From Candidatus Poseidoniaceae archaeon (GTDB lineage: Archaea > Thermoplasmatota > Poseidoniia > Poseidoniales > Poseidoniaceae), in assembly GCA_965662895.1 (NCBI GenBank), contig CBFIJH010000013.1:1-61645 (forward strand): a stretch of DNA of 61,645 nt. The letters are read 5' to 3'. The notes beneath the pieces are model-generated. The model was not told where the DNA came from. It saw only the letters and a list, made by a program, of their open reading frames with translations, and did not search any database. The position numbers and the translations under genes were made by a program. The first letter of the stretch is position 1; each line of letters begins with the position of its first letter. This document shows, one piece after another, positions 39,157 to 48,937 of this stretch.

Positions 39157-42100
39157 TCACTGGTAAGGGTTCTGACCAACGTCAGAACCTTGTTGTTGCG
39201 TACCATACGGGCCTTGTGGTTCCTGTTGAGCCATTGCAGGGAGTGTTTGTTCAACCTGTGCCATTCGTTGCGTCATACGTGGATTCATTCGTTTCTTAGG
39301 TTGTTGAGCGGGTTGCAGACCGAACACCAACAATCCGACGAGGATGATGCTGAGAACAACCAACACCCCTAAGACAACGGGGTTAACTTCTGAAACAGTA
39401 CCGATGAACCCTTCGCTTTCTGCTTCTTTAACGCGAAGTGTCGGCGTTTGAACGGTCTCAGATCCGAGGATTTGGACCTCCAACCACATCGTACCGGTTC
39501 GAGATGGAACCCACGTTGCTTCAAAGACGGTTGACGTGCCTGGTGAAATTTGCAACTGACGGGCGTCGAGCCGAGTTCGTGCACCGTTTGATTCGACCAA
39601 TTCGAGGACAACTTGTACACTTCCTTCCGCGTTTCCATTGTTGATGATGGATGCTGAAACTTCAATGGTCTCATCAATACGAACGCTATCGCCACTGTAC
39701 TTGACCGTCGGTTCCCCAACGAAGGTAAAATCTGGAACGCGTTGCTCCAAATCCCATGTGTAGAAAGGCGCATCAACATCGTTGAAGTCTTCGGAAAAAG
39801 CGTTTCCAGCCATATCCTGGCCCGTCACCCATATTCGTAATTCGAGTGGATCGATGCGATCTGAATTCGAAATCAGTTCGTCCAGATTCAATGTTGCCGA
39901 AACGGGTATTTGTTCACCGAACGCTCGTCCTCCGAGTAGTTCCATGCTGATTTGGCCATCGTACAATGCAGCAACATTCAGTCCAAGACCGGCTGGATGA
40001 ACAGCATAATTCAGGACAATGGACTCTGGATTCAACTTTTCCATTTCTTGAATTGTTAATTCAATGGCTAAATCTGACCAATCCACTTCAGCAAGAATGG
40101 ATTCCCGAGCGGGAGAACGAATGTCGATGAGCGCAGGGGCTTGATCGTCAACGATGATCGTTGTCCTCGGACCATCACTCAGGCCTCGTAAGACCGCTCC
40201 GTTCGGAGGATTGTACATGGAGAGGAAAACACCGTGCTCACCGGCTTGCTCGGGAACTGAGCGAGCAAAACTAAAGTTTCCATAAGCTTCCACCACCGAT
40301 TCTTGTTCGTTGATTTCCAGAAGCAAATCAAGCGATTGTTCAATCGTACGCATGCTGCGATACCACACCAGTTCACCTTGGAAGTCCATGGATGAACCCT
40401 CTGCTGCATACGCTCCAACAGGATTGACCTCTTCCATATCAATGAAGAGTTTTGATTGTGATGTGTCAAGTGTAATCTCGCCGCTGTATTGCCAAGTAGC
40501 ATCCCAGAGCGGAATGACAGCTGTTTGACCGAGCCTATCTGTAAGTTGAACGGTGGGTGTTCGAACAAAATTTGGGTCAGGGTCAAAGCCCCACTCGATG
40601 CTAAGGTTAACAAGGATGGCACCTTGCTCCGAAAACACACCATCACCATCTTGGATGATGCATGATTCAACATCGACGTAAACGTGGTTGCTGTAACATT
40701 GATTGTTTTCAGCGAACCAGTAAATTATAGCAGAATCGGATTCAGTTGAGCCAAGGTTGACCTCGATTGATTCGATATCGGCGACGCCGTTTCGATCCCA
40801 AAGTGGTATTTGCACCAACGTAGCCTCGCCTGGATGGAACCAGCCATCACCATGTTCGCCCCAAATGAGGTCGAAATCTGTACCGAGCGATGGTGTTCCA
40901 TCCGATCGAATTTGCACGTTAAAGAGCGGTGTGCTTGAACTACCTCCTTCAATCATTACATTTCCAGCACCATCGGAAACCGAGAGCCATCCTTGCAGAT
41001 ACTCACCATCAGGCGCTTGAGATGTATCCATTGTAAGTGTAAACTCACCAATTGTTGCAAGCATGTCGTTCGGTTTTGCAAGTTCGATGGTTTGGACCTC
41101 ATTTTCATCCATCATTCCATCCATGTTCGCATCGTCAATCCAGGAGCGCCAAACATGAGCATCAGCATGATGAGGGAGCGACGGGCTGTCACCGAGAACA
41201 AACGTTAGTTCTGTTGCAGGAGACGCATCCCGATGGTCAAACGTTTCGACATCCATCGATATTAACATCGGAGCGATTGAATCCATTGTAAAATTCGCAG
41301 TTGGATTGACCTCATAGGCGACGCCCTGTCCGACCAAAGGCGTCACTTCGAGCTCCATCTCAAGATTGTTGGAATTTGAGGGTACGCTATAGGATAGGGA
41401 AGCCACGCCATTGAGAATGAGATTGGTTGAACCCTGATCTTGCCCATCGACGAGAAGGCGGACAAGGGCCTGTCCTGTTCTTGGCACTGCATCTCGAACA
41501 TGTTCAAAACCCAAGTAGGCATAGATGGTTACGGTCGTACCTTGAATCAATGAGGCTGCAGAAGCATCGGTTTCAACACCGGATTGCGATTCGATGGTGA
41601 AGCGTTTTAGGGAAACATCATTTTCAATACCGTTTGCATCCCCCAAACCAAAGATGTAGTTCAGCGGCAATGTCGGACCGGTTGGGCTGACCAACATGAC
41701 ATTCAAGGAAGCATAAGGCTCGTCGTTCCAACTCATTGGCATCTGGAACGTGTGCGTGAACTGAATGTAGGATCCCGAACCAATCATATTGATCTCGCCG
41801 TTCGCGTCAATGTCACTCCATCCCAAGGCATATCCCGATTGCTGACAATTTCCAACTGCAGCACCTGTAAGTGGTAACAGGATCGTTCCACAGAGAACCT
41901 TTGAGGAACCACTCGGACCGCGTAAGGTAAAGTCAACGCTCCAGCCATTGGTTTTGACATACGATTCTGCATCCAACACACCAAGAGGTGACAAATCGAA
42001 GGTTGAATTGACGGTGATCCAATCCGTTGATGGAGTCAGTGTGTCAATCAATGGTTCAACATAAATTGAAACTGGATTGAGTGTTGGTGATGAAGTCACG

Positions 42101-44223
42101 CTCACGATCGTCATGAGAACGGAACCAGACGACTGCATTCGAACTGGAAGGCGTACTTCCTTTACACCTCCGAGTGCGATAACTGTACTCAATTCTTGAT
42201 TAATGGCTTGGACCAAGGCAGAATTCGCTCCAAGATTGAGGTTCAATGCGGCTTCGTAGGGTGCGAAAATTCCGCACATGGTTAAATCTCCACTCGATTG
42301 TGAAGAACCTACCGTGATGCTGACTCGGCTCATTGGGATACCGGGAATGCCTCGATCGTCAACTGCGTTGGAAAGGGCACTGTTTAATGCACTCAACTCA
42401 CTTTGGGTAAATTCGACAAACGATGCTGTTTGGAAGTTCGTCAATCCACGATTGGTCACATCACTGCCAGCAATTTTGATGTTCATGTAGGGCGAAATCA
42501 TCTCGGAAGTCGAGGAAACTGTAAACCCGAAGAAGTCGATGCCAGATAGAGGGAGCAGAACCTCAAACACACCAGCTGAGCTCGGCGTTGTTGAGATTGT
42601 TTGGCAAACGTTACCGTTCGCTAATCGATTCTGCATACCGTAGCCACCAACGTCCTCGCCATCGTATCCCCAATCGGAAACACCATCGGCACCGACATCC
42701 AACCGTAGACCCGTGCTTGGAATGGAACGAACGGTTTCGACAGAGAATGAATCGACAGTGTAGGAACTTCCTGCGGATTGGAATCTGAACTGAACACTGT
42801 GACCGACTTCATCAAGAGGCGTGTACCCCTCGAGAGGGTAGGATAGCCATCCTTTATCGTCGATGTTTGCCTCAAAGATAGGTGACCCGGTAGCAATGGT
42901 TGATGTTGAAAGTGCACCAAACCCAGTGGAAATTCGATAGATTGGCGAGGTTATTGTGCCCGTCCCAGAGACATCACCTACAGATTGGGTCCATGCCATA
43001 CCCGCGAGTGTCCAATCGTGATTGGATGGGTTTTCGCTAAACGTTTCATTGATGGCTCCACTGATTCCGATACTGTGGACCTTTGGACCACCGCTCAGAC
43101 CTGTCATCATGTGCATCTTCAATCGTAGTGAAGGTGTGACTTCCCAATCAATCGACCCCAAGTCAAAACGTAAATCCGTCATTTCTTGGTAACCCGGAAG
43201 TACAGTGCCCGTTGATGCATCGATCAGCGACCACTCGAACAGAGAACCAGTGGGTATTTCCGCATCGATAACCATCAATCCAAATGAAGAAGGTTCACTT
43301 CCAAGCGTTGCTCCCGGACCAAACGATTGAGATGTCCAATTTCCTTCTCCCGTTGATATGCCCGATGCTTTTGGAAGGATTTCGACGTCATCGATGTTCC
43401 ATCCTGACCATTCGTACAAACCATCCGATGGTCCGATCCCAAACCGCACTTCTAAATCCGAGTTACCCGAGACATAACTTGAGATGTCATATGTTTGAGC
43501 GACATACGAGATGTCACTGATAGTGGATGTAGGGTTCGACCAGACGTTCACCCAGTTCCCGTTTGGATTTTTAACACTCACATAAGCTTCGTCCCAATTT
43601 GTCGATTCAACTCCCAATTGACGCTGAAATTTCAACTCCCATCCTCCAGAGCAGCCCCCACAATTCATGCTTGGAGAGGTGGCCCAAACCGTGCTTGACA
43701 TTGAAGTCGGATAACAACCATCATGGGAATAAAGTGCATTGACTCCACTTGGCGGTGTTACACTTGTTGGGCCGCGTGAACATGACGTGCTGTCTTGCCC
43801 AATCTTCCAACCCGACCCAAGCGTCCAAACATTCGGACCTTCAAAATCGTACGACCACCCTTGCGGCAAGAGTTGCAAAACCGAATTGTTCACATCCATG
43901 CCATCGTAAACTGCAAGCGAGTGATCGTATTGCGCAGGCGAATCAAACATTTTCGCTGCTGAAACAGGAAGAACGCTTTCATCCAAGGCAAGTTCAATCC
44001 CCGAAACCGCTTCACCACTCGGCACTGAAATGGACGGAGCATCGTTCACACCATCCGGATAGGAACCGATGCTCACAGTCGTTGCTTGACCCAGCGGAGT
44101 AGCATTTGAGACCGACAATTCGGATAACTTATCCGTCGAATTGACCATTGGACTGAGGAGAGAAAAAAGCAAAACAAGCAGCAGCACCGAGACGACGGTT
44201 CTCTTTTGCCGTACGCGAGCCAT
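39157..44223 (-). CDS. giant surface protein: signal peptide, jelly-roll/MAM-like head, Ig-like stalk, CARDB-like domain, TM, Gln/Pro tail
   Basis: 1688-aa ORF; SGWNIDDVEI motif; INNGNAEG..ISPG; TM near C-terminus. Confidence 0.85.
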   Translation of the reverse strand: MARVRQKRTVVSVLLLVLLFSLLSPMVNSTDKLSELSVSNATPLGQATTVSIGSYPDGVNDAPSISVPSGEAVSGIELALDESVLPVSAAKMFDSPAQYDHSLAVYDGMDVNNSVLQLLPQGWSYDFEGPNVWTLGSGWKIGQDSTSCSRGPTSVTPPSGVNALYSHDGCYPTSMSSTVWATSPSMNCGGCSGGWELKFQRQLGVESTNWDEAYVSVKNPNGNWVNVWSNPTSTISDISYVAQTYDISSYVSGNSDLEVRFGIGPSDGLYEWSGWNIDDVEILPKASGISTGEGNWTSQSFGPGATLGSEPSSFGLMVIDAEIPTGSLFEWSLIDASTGTVLPGYQEMTDLRFDLGSIDWEVTPSLRLKMHMMTGLSGGPKVHSIGISGAINETFSENPSNHDWTLAGMAWTQSVGDVSGTGTITSPIYRISTGFGALSTSTIATGSPIFEANIDDKGWLSYPLEGYTPLDEVGHSVQFRFQSAGSSYTVDSFSVETVRSIPSTGLRLDVGADGVSDWGYDGEDVGGYGMQNRLANGNVCQTISTTPSSAGVFEVLLPLSGIDFFGFTVSSTSEMISPYMNIKIAGSDVTNRGLTNFQTASFVEFTQSELSALNSALSNAVDDRGIPGIPMSRVSITVGSSQSSGDLTMCGIFAPYEAALNLNLGANSALVQAINQELSTVIALGGVKEVRLPVRMQSSGSVLMTIVSVTSSPTLNPVSIYVEPLIDTLTPSTDWITVNSTFDLSPLGVLDAESYVKTNGWSVDFTLRGPSGSSKVLCGTILLPLTGAAVGNCQQSGYALGWSDIDANGEINMIGSGSYIQFTHTFQMPMSWNDEPYASLNVMLVSPTGPTLPLNYIFGLGDANGIENDVSLKRFTIESQSGVETDASAASLIQGTTVTIYAYLGFEHVRDAVPRTGQALVRLLVDGQDQGSTNLILNGVASLSYSVPSNSNNLEMELEVTPLVGQGVAYEVNPTANFTMDSIAPMLISMDVETFDHRDASPATELTFVLGDSPSLPHHADAHVWRSWIDDANMDGMMDENEVQTIELAKPNDMLATIGEFTLTMDTSQAPDGEYLQGWLSVSDGAGNVMIEGGSSSTPLFNVQIRSDGTPSLGTDFDLIWGEHGDGWFHPGEATLVQIPLWDRNGVADIESIEVNLGSTESDSAIIYWFAENNQCYSNHVYVDVESCIIQDGDGVFSEQGAILVNLSIEWGFDPDPNFVRTPTVQLTDRLGQTAVIPLWDATWQYSGEITLDTSQSKLFIDMEEVNPVGAYAAEGSSMDFQGELVWYRSMRTIEQSLDLLLEINEQESVVEAYGNFSFARSVPEQAGEHGVFLSMYNPPNGAVLRGLSDGPRTTIIVDDQAPALIDIRSPARESILAEVDWSDLAIELTIQEMEKLNPESIVLNYAVHPAGLGLNVAALYDGQISMELLGGRAFGEQIPVSATLNLDELISNSDRIDPLELRIWVTGQDMAGNAFSEDFNDVDAPFYTWDLEQRVPDFTFVGEPTVKYSGDSVRIDETIEVSASIINNGNAEGSVQVVLELVESNGARTRLDARQLQISPGTSTVFEATWVPSRTGTMWLEVQILGSETVQTPTLRVKEAESEGFIGTVSEVNPVVLGVLVVLSIILVGLLVFGLQPAQQPKKRMNPRMTQRMAQVEQTLPAMAQQEPQGPYGTQQQGSDVGQNPYQ

Positions 44224-44320
44224 GCTTCCACGTCGAACTTCAACTCAAAAAGGATTCTTGCGACGACGACTCCAATTCAAATCAACAAGCAATATCAACC
44301 GGGTGAGCCTCCATTGGGGC

Positions 44321-45022
44321 ATGAACGACGCAGAAGCCCTGAAGAGAATCGCTGGAGAAGCAGCCTGTGAGTTCGTCAAAACGGGCATGCGTGTCGGATT
44401 AGGAACAGGTTCAACGGTCAGGTATACTGTGCTTGAACTCGGACGGCGAATAGCCGAAGAAGGCTTGGAAATCGTCGGAGTTCCTACATCGATTGCAACC
44501 CAAGAACTTGCAACCACGGTTGGTATTCCTCTGGTCGACCTCGGAACATTGGATGGTTTGGACATCGTTATCGATGGAACCGATGAGTTTGATCCAAACT
44601 TTCAATTGATCAAGGGAGGCGGTGCAGCACTGCTTCGAGAAAAGATTGTGGCGCAACAATCCTCAGCCATGGTGGTTGTTGCAGACGATCGAAAACAAGT
44701 GGATTGTCTCGGCGCTTTCGGTATCCCGATTGAGATTACACCTTTTGCCTGCGATGTGACTGTAAGAGCATTGTCGACATTGCTAAATTGTGATGTTCAA
44801 TTGCGAATGAATGGAAGTGAGCATAAACTTACGGACAATGGAAATTGCATTGCAGATGCAAAGATTGGAGCATCGATCAAGGACCCAATCGCCACTGAAG
44901 CAAGCATACTCAACGTGGCAGGTGTTGTTCAAGTTGGCTTGTTCAACAATATGTGTGATGTCGTTGTCCTTGCAAGTGGAACCGGCATCCAGACACTCAT
45001 GAATCCGAAGGGTCGTTTGTAG
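44321..45022 (+). CDS. rpiA: ribose-5-phosphate isomerase A
   Basis: GLGTGST, IDGTDE, IKGGGAALLREK, TDNGN. Confidence 0.95.
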   Translation: MNDAEALKRIAGEAACEFVKTGMRVGLGTGSTVRYTVLELGRRIAEEGLEIVGVPTSIATQELATTVGIPLVDLGTLDGLDIVIDGTDEFDPNFQLIKGGGAALLREKIVAQQSSAMVVVADDRKQVDCLGAFGIPIEITPFACDVTVRALSTLLNCDVQLRMNGSEHKLTDNGNCIADAKIGASIKDPIATEASILNVAGVVQVGLFNNMCDVVVLASGTGIQTLMNPKGRL

Positions 45023-45023
45023 G

Positions 45024-45097
45024 CGGGCCTGACGGGGTTCGAACCCGCGACCGACGGATTAAGAGTCCGTCGCTCTACCTGACTAAGCTACAGGCCC
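45024..45097 (-). tRNA. tRNA-Lys(CTT)
   Basis: GGGCCTGTAGCTTAGTCAGGTAGAGC-GACGGA-CT-CTT-AA-TCCGT...GGTTCGAACCCCGTCAGGCCCG. Confidence 0.96.
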
Positions 45098-45118
45098 ACG
45101 CCTGCCTCCGTCAGGTTG

Positions 45119-45125
45119 TATTTAA
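45119..45125 (-). promoter_or_regulatory. TATA box (TTAAATA) of tRNA-Lys, overlapping the arcC stop codon
   Basis: Lies 22-28 nt upstream of the mature tRNA 5' end. Confidence 0.55.
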
Positions 45126-46036
45126 TCATCTTGGGACAATGTCGTACCAGCATCCCCTCTCATTGCAGAAAGTGCATCGCCTGGTTGGCAAAGTATTGAG
45201 CGCATGGTTGGTAATCCGTGTATGGCATCGATCATGCTTGCGATTTTCGGACCCATTGAACCTTCAGGAAATTGCCCGTCCTCGAGATGTTGTTGTGCTT
45301 CTTGAATGGTCATGTGTCGGTGTTCAATCTGATTTTCCTGTCCGAAATTCGTGTAGACGGCCGGAACGCCGGTCGAGATGATAAGCGCCTTCGCGCCTAA
45401 GTCAACAGCAAGGCGTGAGGAAAATCGATCTTTATCGATAACTGCAGGTATTCCCCCATATTGGCGGTTGTGCTCGGATACAGGAATGCCACCACCACCG
45501 CCACAAATGACGACTGCTTGTCGGTCAACGAGGGTACGAATAACGTCCAAATCCAAAATAGTCTTTGGATTTGGACTTGCAACGACCCGTCGAGGCCCAT
45601 GGATGGTTGTTGCGATGTCCCAATCCCGTTGCATAACCTCTTGCGCAGAAAGGATAGGACCGACCGGTTTTGTTGGTAATTCAAACGCCTCATCGTTTTC
45701 ATCAACAAGAACACGGGTAAGAACAACAGCAGTTCGTTCTGGCCGATGCCTGTGTTTGAGGATGCTGTTCAACTGTAGCGACAAAACATGTCCGATCATG
45801 CCTTGTGTGGCTGCCACCCATTCATCCATCGAATGTGAGACGTTCACATCCAAGGCCATGAGTTCTCCAACTTGTGGCCCGTTTCCATGCGTAAGGACAA
45901 CGGACCAACCCGCTTCAAGCAAATCAACGACATCGCTCATTACTTTGGCGAGGACCAGACCATATTGACCATCAATCGGTGCATCTGGCGGGGACAACGC
46001 ATTCCCTCCAACGGCGTAGACGACGGTCTTGCTCAC
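45122..46036 (-). CDS. arcC: carbamate kinase
   Basis: AVGGNAL, THGNGPQVG, PTKPVGP, RRVVASP, GGGGIPV, AVIDKD, GSMGPK; GTG start inferred. Confidence 0.93.
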   Translation of the reverse strand: MSKTVVYAVGGNALSPPDAPIDGQYGLVLAKVMSDVVDLLEAGWSVVLTHGNGPQVGELMALDVNVSHSMDEWVAATQGMIGHVLSLQLNSILKHRHRPERTAVVLTRVLVDENDEAFELPTKPVGPILSAQEVMQRDWDIATTIHGPRRVVASPNPKTILDLDVIRTLVDRQAVVICGGGGGIPVSEHNRQYGGIPAVIDKDRFSSRLAVDLGAKALIISTGVPAVYTNFGQENQIEHRHMTIQEAQQHLEDGQFPEGSMGPKIASMIDAIHGLPTMRSILCQPGDALSAMRGDAGTTLSQDD

Positions 46037-46043
46037 AGTCGTG

Positions 46044-46124
46044 GTCTCGTTTGCTCCTGTTTGATGCTTTCGCAAATATGGGGCAACAACATCAGGTTTC
46101 TCAATCGAAACCAACAGGCCAGAC
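46044..46124 (-). ncRNA. candidate structured RNA (three-way junction) upstream of arcC
   Basis: CCTGTT/AACAGG, GGTTTC/GAAACC and TGATGTTGTTGC/GCGAAAGCATCA helices joined with no linker bases; outer GTCT/AGAC. Confidence 0.5.
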
Positions 46125-46160
46125 TTCAAACATGATATGTGAGAAGGTAAACGGGGTGAC

Positions 46161-47492
46161 ATGGCCAAAGACATCTGGATTGGTGATGTGCAGAACGGCG
46201 ATTACGATGGACAGGACGTCGAATTGAAGGGTTGGATTAAGCGTACTCGGGGTTCAAACAAAATCCGCTTCGTTGTTTTGAGAGATTCAACCGGAATCAT
46301 CCAATGCGTTGCCAAGAGAAATGTACTCGGTGATGATGCCTTTGAAGCGATTGCTTCTGCTCTCATCGAATCCTCAATCATCGTCAAGGGAACCGTCAAC
46401 GTAGACGAGCGAAGCGAGGGTGGACACGAACTTGTCGTCGCAAGTGTGGAAATTGTAGGTCCGGTTGATCCAGAGCGACCGTTTCCAATTACCGAATCCG
46501 CAATGAAGGCAGCCGATGGCGGTGAAACAGAATTTTTGCTTGACAACCGTCACTTGTATCTTCGAACCAGTCGTATGACAACCATGCTGAAAATGCGATC
46601 CTCGGTCTTTGGAGCCATTCATTCGTACTTCCGAGACTTGGATTTTATTGAATATCAAGCACCAAACTTCGTAGCTGGTGCTGTTGAAGGAGGATCAACG
46701 CTTTTTGAAGTACCCTATTTCGGAAGGAAGGCGTACCTCACACAGTCTTGGCAACTTTATGCTGAAGCAGCCATGCCAGCCCTTGAACGACTGTACACAA
46801 TCGCCCCTTCCTTCCGTGCAGAAAAATCCCGAACACGACGGCATTTAACCGAGTTCTGGCATGCAGAAATGGAGATTGCTTGGGCAACCAACGATGAAGT
46901 GATGACCCATGGTGAAGGTGTTGTTCGCCACATTGCATCCACGCTTCTTGACGAACGAAGCGAAGAATTGACGACCCTTGGAAGAGATCTTGAACTTGTG
47001 GCACGGTACGCAGACTCACCCTTTCCTCGAATGCGTTACGATGAGGCCATCGAAATCCTACAAGGAAAAGGTGTTGAAGTCGAATGGGGTCAAGACCTTG
47101 ATTATTCCAAGGAAAAAATTCTCACTCAAGATTTCGACGTCCCTCATTTCCTCACCCACTACCCACGGATTGCAAAACCATTCTACCATCGTGTCGACCC
47201 GAGCGATGACAAGTACGTGCTTTGTCACGATCTGCTCGCTCCTGAGGGTTATGGTGAAATTATCGGTGGGGGAGAACGAACCTGGTCTGAAGAGGAGATT
47301 CTTGCTCGACTTGAGGAAGAGGGAACTCCCAAAGAAGCCTACCAATTTTACATCGATACTCGAAGTTATGGGGGCGTTCCTCACGGAGGTTTTGGACTCG
47401 GCGTCGACCGTGTTTGCTCGTGGCTAAGCGGTGCTGATCACATCCGAGAAGTGATTCCATTCCCTCGTGACTCCCGCAGAGTTACACCATAA
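46161..47492 (+). CDS. asnS: asparagine--tRNA ligase
   Basis: OB domain LRDSTG, EGGSTLF, YLTQSWQLY, FRAEKSRTRRHLTEF, GEIIGG, PHGGFGLGVDR. Confidence 0.93.
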   Translation: MAKDIWIGDVQNGDYDGQDVELKGWIKRTRGSNKIRFVVLRDSTGIIQCVAKRNVLGDDAFEAIASALIESSIIVKGTVNVDERSEGGHELVVASVEIVGPVDPERPFPITESAMKAADGGETEFLLDNRHLYLRTSRMTTMLKMRSSVFGAIHSYFRDLDFIEYQAPNFVAGAVEGGSTLFEVPYFGRKAYLTQSWQLYAEAAMPALERLYTIAPSFRAEKSRTRRHLTEFWHAEMEIAWATNDEVMTHGEGVVRHIASTLLDERSEELTTLGRDLELVARYADSPFPRMRYDEAIEILQGKGVEVEWGQDLDYSKEKILTQDFDVPHFLTHYPRIAKPFYHRVDPSDDKYVLCHDLLAPEGYGEIIGGGERTWSEEEILARLEEEGTPKEAYQFYIDTRSYGGVPHGGFGLGVDRVCSWLSGADHIREVIPFPRDSRRVTP

Positions 47493-47501
47493 GGTGGCAA
47501 C

Positions 47502-48536
47502 ATGCAACCAATTGTTGCCCTCGGCAGTGGCCTTGTAGGCGAATTCGTCATTCACCGACTTGCAGATGATGGATTCAACGTCACAGCAGTCGACATACAA
47601 ATTCCAACTTCTCTTTCTGAAAGAGAGGATGTTCTCTCTATAGAACAAGATGCATACGAGTACATTTCCTCTCTAAACAATCCGAAAACGGTCATCAACA
47701 TGCTTCCCGGAAGGATTGGCCATGACATTCGAAAGCCTCTGATTCAAGGCGGTCATCAAATCATTGACCTCGCATTTACTGAGGAAGATCCACAAACCCT
47801 TGATACGCTGGCAAAAAAGTGCCATTCCACGATGATTTGGGACATTGGAATTGCACCCGGTCTGTCCAACATGCTGGTTGCGCAAGCACAAAGGGAACTA
47901 GGACCAATGGACAATGTCGAAATCCGTGTTGGCGGAAATCCCGTTCAACCTGACAATGATTGGTCCTACATGGCTCCTTTTTCGCCATCGGACGTGATTG
48001 AAGAGTATACGAGACCGGCTCGAATTGTTCGTAATGGTTCAATTGTTTCATTACCAGCATTAAGCGAACGCCATCGTATTGATGTTGAAGGGACGGATGG
48101 AATGGATGCCTTCCTAACCGACGGATTGCGAAGTGTCCTAACAACCATCAAAGCGACCAACATAGCCGAATACACGGTTCGATGGCCTCAGCACATTGAT
48201 CGCTGGATTGCTGAGGGGACTGGAACTTCTGAGGACGAACTCCTAGAAGCTTGGAGATTCGATACAACTCGACCTGAATTCACGTGGATGCATGTTCGAT
48301 GCGAGCGAAATGATGCTGTCCGACAGTGGACTGTTGTTGATTACGGAAAGGATGGTAACGGTTCTATGGCAAGAACAACTGGCCTGGTCACCTATGCGCT
48401 CGCATCGTTATTTGCAACTAAGGGACCTGAACATTGTGGGCTTCAACCAGGAATTCACCCTCCAGAAAAGGCAAATGAAGAAACACTTCACTACGTTCTT
48501 GACGTTTTCAAGAAACACGGTGTGTCGATTTCATAA
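47502..48536 (+). CDS. saccharopine/lysine dehydrogenase family protein
   Basis: LGSGLVG, DIGIAPGLSN, VGGNP, IEEYTRPAR, TDGLRS, SMARTTG. Confidence 0.88.
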   Translation: MQPIVALGSGLVGEFVIHRLADDGFNVTAVDIQIPTSLSEREDVLSIEQDAYEYISSLNNPKTVINMLPGRIGHDIRKPLIQGGHQIIDLAFTEEDPQTLDTLAKKCHSTMIWDIGIAPGLSNMLVAQAQRELGPMDNVEIRVGGNPVQPDNDWSYMAPFSPSDVIEEYTRPARIVRNGSIVSLPALSERHRIDVEGTDGMDAFLTDGLRSVLTTIKATNIAEYTVRWPQHIDRWIAEGTGTSEDELLEAWRFDTTRPEFTWMHVRCERNDAVRQWTVVDYGKDGNGSMARTTGLVTYALASLFATKGPEHCGLQPGIHPPEKANEETLHYVLDVFKKHGVSIS

Positions 48537-48641
48537 CATCGGTTCATCACAATGTGGACAAGGCATTCCAGGAATGAATTCGCCCAATAGGAAACCACAA
48601 TTCGTACAGATACTCGTCATGAAGTCATCGATGTTGCCCAT
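48531..48641 (-). CDS. 36-aa CxxC-x12-CPxC micro zinc-finger protein, absent from ORF track
   Basis: MGNIDDFMTSICTNCGFLLGEFIPGMPCPHCDEPML fills the intergenic gap. Confidence 0.7.
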   Translation of the reverse strand: MGNIDDFMTSICTNCGFLLGEFIPGMPCPHCDEPML

Positions 48642-48667
48642 GCGGTAAACACAAGCATACTCGTATA

Positions 48668-48913
48668 TTATTCTGAAGGCGACTGCTTTGCAGCAGATTT
48701 GGATTTGATGAATTTAAAGAGGATACGTGAGAAGATCATTGAAGCGATGAAAATGAGTACTGTAGCCCACCATGGTGCGTCTGTTGATGTTGCAAAAAAG
48801 TAAGCGAAAAGGAGAATTCCAATCCCATATACCGCCCGAAATGCAGAATACAACAGGAAGGATCGAAACAACGGATTTGATCGAACCCGATGGAGAAAGG
48901 ATTCATCTGTCAT
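48668..48913 (-). CDS. small two-TM membrane protein
   Basis: Two hydrophobic helices, basic tail. Confidence 0.7.
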   Translation of the reverse strand: MTDESFLHRVRSNPLFRSFLLYSAFRAVYGIGILLFAYFFATSTDAPWWATVLIFIASMIFSRILFKFIKSKSAAKQSPSE

Positions 48914-48937
48914 GATTCTGCCAAAATAAGGGAGTAC

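Noticed and set aside
38840-39372. Short ORFs 38840..39022, 38976..39254, 39045..39299, 39061..39372
   Set aside because: They overlap the RNase P RNA or the large minus-strand gene
1990-46036. Complete arginine deiminase operon (argF/arcB plus arcC)
   Set aside because: Genes are over 40 kb apart and no arginine deiminase is in the window; direction of flux cannot be determined
46056-46118. Hammerhead ribozyme (CTGATG and GAAA present)
   Set aside because: Core would need unpaired CUGAUGA and correctly ordered GAAA/NUH; here these bases lie inside helices
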